NCBI GenBank assembly: GCA_010093605.1
Contig: MU004186.1
Span: 1,220,616 to 1,284,615 of the forward strand
Direction: 5' to 3'
DNA length: 64,000 nt
Source: Lophium mytilinum
Taxonomy: Eukaryota
A program made the position numbers and the translations under genes. Positions 49,440 to 61,352 of the stretch are shown in pieces; positions within the stretch are counted from its first letter, which is position 1, and the number at the start of each line of letters is the position of its first letter. The notes beneath the pieces are model-generated. The model saw only the letters and a program-made list of their open reading frames with translations, was not told the origin of the DNA and ran no database searches.

Positions 49440-51772
49440 CTAAGTCTCTGTCACTCTGGCCTGCAAATCACTCCATCGCTCCGTCCACCCCTGGAGCGGT
49501 CTACACGGTGGACTCGCGCTCCGCTCTATTAACATGCCCTCGTCGCCTAGATACGCGTCTAGCACGAGCTGCTCGTTTGCCGTACCGGGTCCCGGGGTCT
49601 GGTATCCGTGGTCCTGTTTCAGGTGCAGCAGAAGGCTTTCTGCTCGGTGCAGCATATACTGGGGACAAGTTCGGTAGTTGTGCGTCTCAAGGTGCAATTG
49701 CCGATTGCAATAATCGTCTTCTGCGGACTCCTCCACATCAGCGCCGCAGAGGTGGCACATGTAGAGGATCCCCGTCTCAGTAAAAGCATACGACGCCTTC
49801 GCAAAGAGACTACCGGGGCTGAGAAGGTTGCGGCACGACCAATGCGGAAGAGTGATATGATGCCTGCGCCAAGTTAGTCTTCTATTCAACACAGTAGCCA
49901 ATAAGACAGGAGATCGATTAACATACCTCGACCTAACCAAAACCTCCCTCCGCCCCGGCCACCAGCACTCTAACCCCAATCCCCCCTTGAAATGCTCCGC
50001 AACATGCTCCACCCGCTTCGCCCACTCTTTAAACCGGCACCCGCAGAACCCGCAGTGCATCTCCGGGTCCTCGGGCCTATACGGCGTCGCCTGCCGCGCC
50101 CACCGATTCAGCACGTCTTGGATGTCGCTTCGCGCCCCTTCGCCCCGTTTGAGGTGTTTCTTGTTGATATGCAACTTCAAGTGGTCCTTTCGCGTAAAGG
50201 TGCGGTCTTCCTCCGGCTTCTGCAGGCACTCGGTCCAGTTGTGCGTAGCCATATGCCTCATGTCCGCTCGGGTTTCCGGACAAAACGGACAATCATTGTA
50301 CGGTCGACCCGGGCATGGTTCGTAGTCGCCAGGCTGGTAGTCGCCCAGACAGACCCACGTTACCGGTGACGTGTGCACCGATTCCTCGTGGCGTTTCCAG
50401 TCGTAGAGCGTCCTATACTTGTTGCCGCAGAACGTGCAGCAGTACTTCGTTGGGTTCTGTGCCGGGTTTTGGTTGGGTTTCGATCGCTTGCTCTCGAGGT
50501 TGGCGGTAGCGTCGTATGGATCTTTCTGATAGCGTCTTCGGCCTCGACGCCGCGACCGACTGCTACGGCTTGCAACGGAGAGGTTAGAGTTTGCGGAGCT
50601 GGCAGAGCTGGCGAAGTCGGAGCGGCTGTCCGAGATGTCGTCGTGGTTGGCGCTTGCTGGGATGGCTCCGTTCAGGGGCTGTGGAACTGGGACTATGTGT
50701 TCGATTGGTTGCCAGGTGCCAGATAGTCACAGTAGCCAGGGGCGATGTCGGGAGGTTGAGTCTGGAGAGCGGTTTGGATCGCTGATGTTTTTGCGGGCTC
50801 TTCGTCAAGAGGCATTGTGAGATATCGGTCGAGTGAGAAAGAGCTGGAGCACCCCGAAGAAACGGAGGCATCGTCGGCTTCCGGCTTGTCGGACATAGAA
50901 TGGACGGTGTTGCCTCTCCTTGTCTTAGTGGCCTTGGTTTGCGAACTAAGTACAACCGAGGACGGAATATCAGAGGCCTGTATCAGTTGCTGGTTGGAGA
51001 TCGGATGTGAGGCCCCACGTTTCGCGTTGGGACTTATAAGCTGTGGATTCATGCGCGCTCTGGTATTGTTGAACCAGTCTTTGATTTGCCTAGGAGCTAG
51101 AGATGTCGTTTGCACCAGTCGCGACACGTCTTCATTCGAGGGATATTGATTCTGGGCAAAGTGCGCTTCTAGTGCTTTTCGAGCATCATGCGGTATCTTC
51201 GTAGACCTCCTATGCTTACGTCTGGAAAGCTGTTCGTTCGTGTCTCGCGTCACTGGAGGCGCGGGGACTTCGCGGGACGTTCCATAGAGAAGTCCTGATA
51301 GTGGCTGGATGCTTTGGAGCTGTGCTGCAGGGCCGTGAAAAGAAACAACTTCATTTGTTGCTTGAATGCTATCTACAGGATGAACTGAGAATCCGTCGGC
51401 GATGTAAGGGCTGGTCCACAGCTCGTTGGATGTAGACATGGCAGGACCCATCGTATATGCGGGAACTGAATTGTCATGGAACATCCATGGAACATTCTCG
51501 GTGATTGCTGGGGGTTGAAAGGTAGTTTCTGGGTTGATGCTGCTTTGCAAGAATTCATTTGTCGGTGGGCCGTTGTAAGTATCTGTTGCCATGCTGTCAT
51601 GGAGACCCCACGTTGCGAGGTAATCATTTGAAGTACTTTCGATATAACTGGTGTCGGCATGGTGTGTCAGAAACCCCACGAAGCTTTGAAAGTCGGGTAA
51701 AACTAGTTGCGCACGTGACATTGAAAAGCGAGAACCGTTGGGAAGGGCGTGTTCTTGGGAAGAGAAAGCCAT
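49440..51772 (-). CDS. Homeobox and C2H2 zinc-finger transcription factor (frame break or tiny intron at ~50,700; start uncertain)
   Basis: Homeodomain YPSNED...L...TSL..RQIKDWFNNTRAR; zinc fingers YCCTFCGNKY...DWKRHEESVH, CPFC...H...H..C, FTRKDHLKLHINKKH and CGFCG...RVEHVAEHF. Confidence 0.85.
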
Positions 51773-52502
51773 TCTCTCTTGAGAAGAGATGTAATTTGAG
51801 AAAGCATGAGAATATTGGGGAGAAGTTCGTACATCTAACAAAGTAGAAATGACTACCTAGAACCTGGAAAGGGTAACTGAGCTGCGGGTGTGGCGGTGCT
51901 TGCATTAGGCCTGGGGCACTGGGAGCACGTCTCGGCGGCGCCGTGGCTGTTCCGCCTATCGAAGCGGTCGGGGCATTACGACTACACCGATACACCACAC
52001 CTCGTTATGTGGAAGAAGCCCGGTGCCTGTCGTGTTGGGGCCTGGGTGAGCTGAAGCCATCCCAGCGAACGCGTGCGAATCTAGGAAGCTCGCTAATATT
52101 GAGCCACTTTTTTGGTGTGAGACTCCAAAACCAACCAATTCGCCTAGTCCATACTGAGTCCATAGCATTCGAGTCTAAAATTTGCACCCATAGGTAATTC
52201 ACGCGAAAAGACCGTTCGCAAAAGTATATCAATTGTGTGAGTAGAATGGACCATTTAACGCATCAGTGCAAACATTGGAGGTGAGTTTACCGCACGCCCA
52301 TGGAAGCAGGAACAGAAAAGCAGACCTTTTAAAAGCACAGATAACCAAGTAGGGATTCTAAGCAAGCAACGAGAAATCAACGTGACTGTCATATAGCTCA
52401 CCGCCGACAAGCACGATGCGAAGACCTTTCCTAGGCAGACAAGCTAACCAGGTAACATCCTTGCCGAAGGGCAGTCGTATCAGGTGATGGGACATTTTAT
52501 AA

Positions 52503-53881
52503 CTACTCGTCGTCGCTCTCCTCATCCGACTCAGCCTGATCAAGCCAAGTGATGAACTGCTCGGCCGACTTGCGGACGCTCTTGCTCGTCGGAAGGTCGA
52601 CGTACTTTTTGCTAGCCTTGGAGCCCCAAGCCTTGAGAACTTCCTCGGAGATGAGATCGTTCTCGTAGAACTTGAGCAAGATAGCTGAAACTTGGGGGAT
52701 GAGCTTAGGCTTCTCCTTGCCGACGAAACGTTCAGTGCCGCCGAGGAAGGCCTTCTCGTGGCGCTCAGAAGTGATCATCTGAACTAGATTAGCATCATAT
52801 ACCAGAAAAAGAGTTATCACACATCATACCTTCTTGAGCATACCAGCGCGAGGCTCGATCTGCTTGACGATGTTGTCATCAAAGATAGTCTGGGCAAGCA
52901 CGGTGAGAGTCCTGTGCTTGGTCTCGATGCCGAGATCCTTTGCCTTGAGGTAAACGTCAACGTCTGCAACCTTGGTGACTCCACCCTTCTCGTCGGCAGT
53001 GTCGACGATCCATTTGCCGAATACATCGTAAGCGCTGCTTTCTCCGTTGGCGCCTTCCTCGTCATCGTCTCCAACTACAAGAGCACGCTTCAGGTCATCG
53101 GGAAGATCCTTGGCTCGGGCTTTGACAGCCTCTTCAGAGGTATCGACAGACCACTGCACTTCTTTGACATCGTCGACTTCGCCAATATCCTTGGCTTCGG
53201 CGTTAATACGACGGGTAAGTTCATCGTCGCTGCCTGCGTCGAGCTCGACGTCGCCGTTGTCATCCGCGTTGTCCGAGTTGCTGTCGCCGGGGCTGTTTCC
53301 ATTGCGGGACTCTTCGTCGCCATCTTGGGCCTCGGCTTCCTTCCTAGCACGACGGTCGGCCTTCTTGGTAGATTTGTCCTTCTTTCCTTTCTTGGGCTGG
53401 TTCTTGAGGATGAACGAGCTGAGCTTCAGACGAAGGTCGACATCGGAGCGCTGGCCACAAGCCTTGCAATCGAGCGTGATGTGGCCATCCTTGATGTGTA
53501 CATCGGTTTCAGGATTCTTGCATTTCTTGCAAAGAACGAACTTGGTGATGAAGCCATCGAGGTAATCCTGGAGTTTGGCAGCATCGTGAGCGCCGTTGAT
53601 GATCCAACGGTCGTCGCTAGGATTGGTGTTGGTCTGAGCACCGAGCTCGAAACCGAAGTACTTGATTACGTCTAAAATAAGCATTAGCGGACATCGACAT
53701 GCTGACTGAGCGAGGTGGTATTACAGGATGGGGGGCGGGCTAGAGACTGAGCAACGCTGGTCAAATTGACGATGACAGTCTTGATGCCGTTTCCTTTGCC
53801 CTCGATCTTGGACTGGATACGCTCCATCTTGTAGCGGTAGAAGGGATCGGTGACATCCCGGCGGACATTGACGGTAGCCAT
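52503..53881 (-). CDS. TIF5: Eukaryotic translation initiation factor 5, 3 exons
   Basis: [19 protein letters not shown]...[32 protein letters not shown] and the C-terminal W2 domain ([14 protein letters not shown]). Confidence 0.97.
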
Positions 53882-55087
53882 GGTTGCGGTTGGGTATTGG
53901 ACGGTCTTTTAACGCGAAAGAGGAGGCGGGAGCTGGGTACGCAAAGGAGGTAGGCTGGGAGAAGCTGTCAAAGACATGCAGTAAATGCACGCTATGGTGT
54001 TGATCTGGGAATCGTGGGTGTCCTGGCGGATGCTGAGCAATGGCTAGCCGTTGGTGCAGTGGTGACTACTGCACGGTTTTCGCGTTCTGCGAAATGTTTG
54101 CAGCTTCGGCGGCGGATCGTGTCGGAAAGCGTGGCTTTGGCGCGAATACATATACAGCAAATGTCCGATTGCGCTCTGATGGGATGTGTGGTGGTGAGGT
54201 TTGGGGGGGTGAGGTGGCGGTTTGGGAGCAGAACGCGGGCGGGCTGCTCGGTATGCGGGGCGTCTATGAGACAGTGGAAGCGGTATTGCAGAGCCGGGGG
54301 TGGTTGCAGTAGGCGTCAGTGATGATTGCACACAGTTTGTAGGCCGATATGGATGGGTTGTTGTGCAGGTTGCGTGGTGGTGGAGGAGGAAAGGTTTTCG
54401 AGGGAAGTCGGCTTTAATAATAAACGTCGACAGCGAGCGGCAGGAGAGCCCCGGCCCAAACACCGTTCCCTCAGCGGTGGCGGCCACACCGGCGCGAACA
54501 CGACGCTATGAATATTGCTGTGTGCCGCAGACCCCCGCCAGGCTGACACCAGGAAGACAGCTTGCGTTTCTCCCGGTGTCAAATAATCAACGTTGCAGCT
54601 TTTGGGCCAGTCGTGGTGCGGTTGTTGGTTTGCAACAATGCTAGAGGCCACAAAGAAAAGTAACACCATGTCCGAGCATACAGCGGAAAATCCTTTGTCG
54701 AGCACATCCAACTTGCCAGACTTTGTCAAGTGAACGTGCCTCACGTGAGAAAACTACAGTTTTGCGCTCGCCTGCAGCCCTCCAGCGGCTTTGCAGTGAC
54801 TAGAGCCGCTAGGGTTCAACAATAGGCTTCCGTCTCTGCCGAACCGGCTTCCTCCTTTGATTATACTTTCTAGGACAGACTGGGTCGATTCGTGCTTCTT
54901 GGCGCAGAAGAATCTGTCGGTCCTGTCCCGCCGTGGTGATTGGACGTCGTTCTATCCACTCCTCGTCGCCTCATCACTTCTCCAGAACGTCACCGTGACG
55001 GGTGCAACACTCCTGGAATCAGGTCTGAAATCAGAGTGTTAACCCGAAAACGAGCTGTATACCCCTTAGTCGAGTATAGCTGTCAGG

Positions 55088-56975
55088 ATGGCGCCGGTGG
55101 TGGATTACTCTCTCTATCTCGTCACGGATTCCACTGCTGCTATTCTTGGCCAGCGAGACTTGGGCTATGTTGTCTCGGAAGCTATTCTAGGAGGCAAGCT
55201 CCGAACGAATCGTACTCAATTCACCTTTTTGACCGTTCCGTAGGTGTGACTCTAGTTCAGTACCGAGACAAAACTATCGATAGTGGCGCGGCTATCGAAG
55301 TTGCAAAGAAGCTACTCAGTATATGCAATGAGCATGGCGTGCCGCTGCTGATCAACGATCGTATTGATGTTGCCCTAGCTATCGATTGTGCTGGTGTGCA
55401 TATTGGTCAGGATGATATGGGTAAAGGATGTTGTTCCTTGTTGATCTCCTAGCATACTCACTCGTATTCCAGACGTTGTGACGGCTCGAAAGCTCCTAGG
55501 CCCAAACAAGATCATAGGAGTGACAGCTTCATCTGTTGAAGAAGCAGATAAAGCAGTCCGAGGTGGCGCTGATTATCTTGGAATTGGAACTATCTTCGCG
55601 ACGCCGACGTAGGTGACACCTTTCATCTTCTCATTCACTTCCATTCGCAAAGCAATCAAGTCACATGTTTTGTTAGCGTCTCTCACTATATCCTAGGGGT
55701 ATAAGGCTAAATCTCGTTACCCAACAGGAAAGCAAATACAAAATCCATCCTCGGGGTCCACGGTCTGCGCGACATCCTAGCACACCTCAGTGAACAATCA
55801 GAAACGCACCACCATATCCCCACAGTCTGCATAGGCGGTATAAACGCCTCAAACCTCCAACGAGTGCTGTACCAATCCTTCACGCCATCAAAACCGCTGG
55901 ATGGGTTAGCTATAGTCAGTGCGATCGTGGCCGCGCCAGACGTCAGAGAGTCATCCCGGCAGTTAAGACGCTTGATACGAACACCTCCTCCATGGGCACT
56001 CCTACCCATTCCCACCGAGCACTCCGAATGGTCCAAGACCGCATCTACACAAGCACTGCTAGATTCGATACCCTTAGCCATCCGCACCGTTACCGAGAAG
56101 AAACCAATCTCCCACAACATGACCAACTTCGTCGTGCAGAACTTCGCTGCAAACGTAGCTCTGTCAACGTAAGCCGCCCCCTTTCCCTCCCCTTCTAACC
56201 CCATCTAACCTCCCCCAGCGGCGCCTCCCCCATCATGTCCACCAACGGCCACGAAGCCCCCGACCTCGCCGCCCTCGCCGGCGGCCTCGTCATAAACATG
56301 GGCACGGCCACCCCGACCTCCCTCGAGAACTGGATCCTCGCTGTAACGGCCTACAACGCCGCCGGCGCGCCCGTCATCCTCGACCCCGTTGGCTGCGGTG
56401 CCACCGCGCCGCGCCGCGCCACCCTCCGCGATCTCCTCGCGGCTGGCTATTACGACGTGATCAAGGGCAACGAGAGCGAAATCCTGACAGTCGCGAGGGT
56501 GAGCGGGGTGGCTGGCATCGAAGCTATCCAGCAACACGGCGTGGATAGCGGCGCGTCTGGATTAGATTTGGACGGGAAGGCGGAGGTGGTGAGGCGGCTA
56601 GCGGGTAGAGAGCGGAATGTGGTGGTGATGACGGGGGTGGTGGATGTGGTAAGTGATGGAGTACGGACGTATGCCGTGAGTGGAGGGCATGAGTACCTTG
56701 GGATGATTACGGGGAGTGGGTGTTCGCTGGGGACGGTGCTGGCGGCGTTTCTAGCGGGGAATAGGGGCACGGGGGATAAGTTGGCGGCGGCGGTGGCGGG
56801 GATTGCACTGTTTGGGGTGGCGGCGAAGCGGGCTGGTGGGAGGGAGGAGGTTAGGGGGCCTGGGACTTTTGTACCGGCGTTTTTGGATGAGTTGTTTTTG
56901 GCGAGGAAGGATATTGTGGCGGGTGATGAGGTTTGGAAAAAGATGGTGGACATACAAGCGAAGGTACCCTCGTAG
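55088..56975 (+). CDS. THI6: Bifunctional thiamine-phosphate synthase / hydroxyethylthiazole kinase, multi-exon
   Basis: [21 protein letters not shown]...[23 protein letters not shown] and CIGGIN, then kinase motifs [43 protein letters not shown] and [13 protein letters not shown]. Confidence 0.96.
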
Positions 56976-57146
56976 GATCAAGATGTACACTACTTATGTC
57001 CTAGTTGCGGAATATGTAGAGATCAAGACAGGCTGACATTAAGTATCTTAGAGAAAGTCCTAAACTCGTGAACAGAGAGAAAATAGGGAGAAACACTCCA
57101 GGGCATTACCACTGGCTTCCCCCAGCACCCCAAGATACCCATTGGA

Positions 57147-58967
57147 CTACTCAGAAGTGCCCACCTCAAACCTCACTCCTGCCGCCTTCAAGCGCTCCAA
57201 ATACTGGTCTCCTAGCGTTGCCGAAGTCAACAACCCACCACCCATCTTCCCAGCCTCCGTGCTAGCCAAGTCGCCTTTCAAGATCACCATAGCTGCCTCC
57301 GCAAGCGTTAACCCAGTGACAGCATACGCTCCGGTATGCACTTCCCACTCTGCAATGGCACGCTCCTTGCCCTTCGAATCAGCTACTCCAACAGCCCGAT
57401 AGTGCAACAAGTCGTCCTTTGACGATTCCTCTGTCGGACCCTCGCCTGGCGCTGGTAGCATGAAGCGGGTCAGTAGTGGTCCCATGATCCAACGACTCGG
57501 AGGGAACGCAAGAAGCGCCCCAAAAGCCATTAGGCCACCAGAGATCAGCGCGCCCAGAAATGCGTTGCGGGTGCGCATGTACTCTGTGAAGCGGAAGTGG
57601 GGACCGTAAGATAAATCGGGATTTTGGCGCGTTGCGCTGCTCTGCTCGAACAAGCCCCAGCTGCGGTGGACGATGGCTGTGTCAGGGCCGGCCATAAGTC
57701 CGGTGGTTAGCAGGCCGAGCTCTTTGACGTGGCGGAGACCGAGAAGGCTGTAGAAGAGGTTTGAGGATGGTGGCGGTGTGGGCGAAGCTGGCCTGCTCGG
57801 GGAGAGGGCGTAAGGCTTCATGGCGGCGCCGAGTTCGCGGAGGGAAAAGTTGGAGAAGAGGTTCATCATAGAGGCAGAGGTGCCACCGCTGACGCCGCCT
57901 TTGAATTTATGCATGGAGACAGTAACAGAGGCGGTGTCCGAAGAGAAAGTCTTCCGGATGTACTGAACGAGAGCGTAGCTGAGTAGGTCGGCTGGGACGG
58001 AGTCGAGACCACATTCCGGTATTATCTGCGTAGAAAGATTAATACATGCTTTGTGTATCTGACAAGTGAAACTATTGAAAGGTAGAAGAGAAATATAAGG
58101 ATTTCGCGTTTATTGAACTTATGTCGCGTTCAGGTCCTAGTTAACGTCTCAAGGTACCCTTGATAGCGGCAGGCAATAATTTGAGAGTACATATTACGCA
58201 CAATATGAAAGAGCTTGATGAAAATGTGCATAGCGAATTTTAGATGACTTACAATTGCACCGTTTTTCTTTGCAATATCATGATACTTTTCAATCATTCT
58301 CTTGAGCCATGGTGCTTCTCCCGTGCTAGATGTCATTGATTAGTTGATTGCCATGCGTCAAACAGTAGGGTCCTACCACTTAATGTGGCAATAAAGTTAG
58401 CAATTCTTTCAGAACCAGAATGAGGAAAACGATATCAACCCCTTGAAACAATTGTTGCGTGAGACACTTCTTCGGGGGATTCCAAGACACCACTATGGCC
58501 GTCTCGGAATACTCCCTGAGTAAGTTCTCAATCAAACAAATTGCTGGGAAAGTTTTCATCTTTATCGGGAGCTTACGTACATCCAGGTAATGCGTGCCGT
58601 TATTGGCACAAGCTTCGACTACGGGTTCGCCGTATTTTGCATAAGGCCCGACGGTCGTGATGATGAGACGGGTCTTTTTGACCAGTTTGTCTAGATCGGC
58701 CTTGTTGAGCTCGCATAGTTCAATCGCTGGTGGATGTGAGTTTGTGTCGCACAGATTTGCGTGAAGACCGGTACCTGGTTCCAATCGATCGGCATTCAAC
58801 TTCTTCAGCTTCTCAGCAACAGCTGCAAGTTTCTTTGAGTTGCGTCCTGCTATGGCCCACTTGAGATCGGTCGGGTGGTGCTCAGCAATGTACTGCGCAG
58901 TGTACTTTCCGGTGTAGCCCGTAGCCCCGAGAAGCACCAAGTCATACTCGGGTGATGTGTCCGCCAT
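57147..58967 (-). CDS. Saccharopine dehydrogenase-like oxidoreductase (SCCPDH family), multi-exon
   Basis: LVLLGATGYTG Rossmann motif, WAIAGRN, TTVGPYAKYGEPVVEACANNGTHYLD, TGE, CGLDSVPADL, SGGT, PAPGEGP and GGGLLT. Confidence 0.9.
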
Positions 58968-61352
58968 TCTATGGGTTATGATCAGAGGACTTGATCGCAA
59001 TGGGCTTTTGAAGGTTCTGCGGAGAGTGAGGTACGGAGCGGACTTCGGAGCAGGTGAGGCGGTGGTGGACACAATTAACAGATCCTGCCCATGAAGTCAT
59101 GCCGAGGCGAGTGGTCAAGAACACATGAACGGATCAGCCCACAACTGGCTACGAGATTGATCCCATGGTTTGTACGAGTAGTCCGACAGGATGCAGCTGC
59201 ACTCGTCACGCATTTTCACACGAGGTGGAGAGACTTGAGTGGTCCATACAAGATGATGTAAATTTGAGAATGCAATTGGTACGCTGAAGGCTTCTAAAAG
59301 TGCCTAGATAAAGTTTGGAATCATACAAGATCTTCTATGAAGAATATAAGAATATATTCAACGTGTTGGAGGACTGAAATACTAGTTGGGCGGAGAGCTG
59401 ACAGCAAAGCACGCTAAGCTAGATCGAGAGCGAGGGCTTGGCGCCCACGCCAATTTCGAAACCTTCGAATTCGACGCTGCCGCTCTCCCCACAGAACCGC
59501 CAACCATTCCACCCTCGTCACCTGCAAATCTGCCTAGGCACAACTTGCAAAAATGAGTACGTCTAAATGTCCTGCTGTACGGAATATGAGCTGACCAGTC
59601 TTCCTCAGCGAAACGCACAAAGAAGTGAGTGCCCGCCTCCAACCGCAATCTGCCAGCCACGAAACTCGCAATACTAACACATTCCCCAGGGTCGGCGTAA
59701 CCGGAAAGGTCCGTAGTATCCCTTATAGACCCACGATGCGCAACAAAGCCATGGCCGCGCAATTCTCCGGGAACGCCAGCTCATGATTCGTAGTACGGTA
59801 CCCGATATGGCGCCTCCCTGCGTAAGCAGGTCAAGAAGATGGAAATCACCCAGCACGCCAGATACAGTGAGTTCTGTAACCCCTCATTGCATTGGAAATA
59901 GGCTAACTTCCTCCAGCATGCACATTCTGTAATACCTCCAATACTCCCGCGGACTCACACGACACAACAATACTGACTACAAACAGGCGGCAAAGTCGCA
60001 GTGAAGCGTCACTCGGTTGGAATCTGGGAATGTCGATCGGCACGTTATCAAGACTGCACTGAGAAGGAACCAGATATACTAACCCTATGTACAGTGCAAG
60101 AAGACCGTTGCCGGCGGTGCCTGGACTGTCTCCACCCCAGCTGCGGCTGCCACCCGATCCACGATTCGTCGCTTGAGGGAGATTGCAGAGGTTTAGGCGG
60201 ATTGTTTTCAGCATGGAATGGGATACTTTGCCGGGGTTTCGAGTTTCCTTCTGGGTTTCAACTTCGGACGAACCACGGCGACACGACTGTCGATAGAACC
60301 TCCTGAAAAATACCAGCGGTCTGGCTCTGTCATGAATGGATTGTTCACAAGAATGTGGTGTGCTAGTCGTATTTGACGTGTGGTGTTGCAAGATTATCAA
60401 GGGCCTAACTCTGCCTAGGACTCGAATCAGGACAATTTCGATTGCGGGTCGGTCCTAGGGATTTGCAATTCTGAAACACTTGAACTCGAGGCTTGGAGCA
60501 TGGTCAGGAACTCGATTACGGACACATACCCGCTACTACTCAGGACGTTCCAATCACTACCAGAACTCTGGAAAGATGTAATATCCTTGAGCACGCAAGT
60601 GGACGACGTGTTACCGTTGGTTATTCCTTCATGCTTACCTGTACTTAGGCTGCTTCTAAGCTTTAGATGTCATATATCCGCCTCGAGGCGTATAAGCTCA
60701 GCGCGCGAACTAGAACGGCTGCTCACGTTCGGCCGAGACCATATTAGAGTACTCCATGCAGTCGCGACCCTTAGGCAAGCCTCTGTCGCCGTACTCTATA
60801 AATTAAATGCTATTTTCACGATGCTTCCCGAGGCTTCATCCTCCATATTGCTCAAATTACGATTCCTCGGCCGTCGTTCCTGGATCTCTGATGAAGATGA
60901 ACCTGGTCTAATCCGAAACCTTACTCGGTACGCGTCGTACACCGGCTCGGTCAGCTGGCGCTCGGATTGGACTACTGTGGCTGACGAACACGTGGTGAGG
61001 TCAGTGGCAGCTCGATTTGGTTTGCACTACCTTACCTTGTAGCACCTTCTGACCCTTTGTTACTACTTCACTTCATCGCCATCGCTACTTAGCCCTCGCT
61101 GGGTATGACTGTTCTGCCACCCAGGCAGCTGCTCGCTGGGTCGCCGATATCATTCATCCAACCCTGACGCGCTGGTCCAATAGGCGCCAGTCACGTGCCT
61201 GATTAGGCTTAGCGCCATCAGTAGCGGCGCCATAAAGCCTGGTCCCCCCGCTGTTCCTCCATCCTTCTTCCATCTACATCGCCGCCAAGCCTCACATATG
61301 CTCGAATTCACTCCAAGTCGCAAGCCTTTCCCTTCGTTTATCTACCGACCAA

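Noticed and set aside
32537..56975. Thiamine-related cluster (TPP-dependent phosphoketolase, SLC35F transporter, THI6) or TPP riboswitch
   Set aside because: The genes are separated by unrelated housekeeping genes, and I saw no riboswitch consensus near THI6.
59100..61300. ORFs 59,382-59,762, 59,903-60,400 and 60,500-61,042
   Set aside because: No recognisable domains or splice pattern; treated as intergenic, though an orphan gene or lncRNA cannot be excluded.
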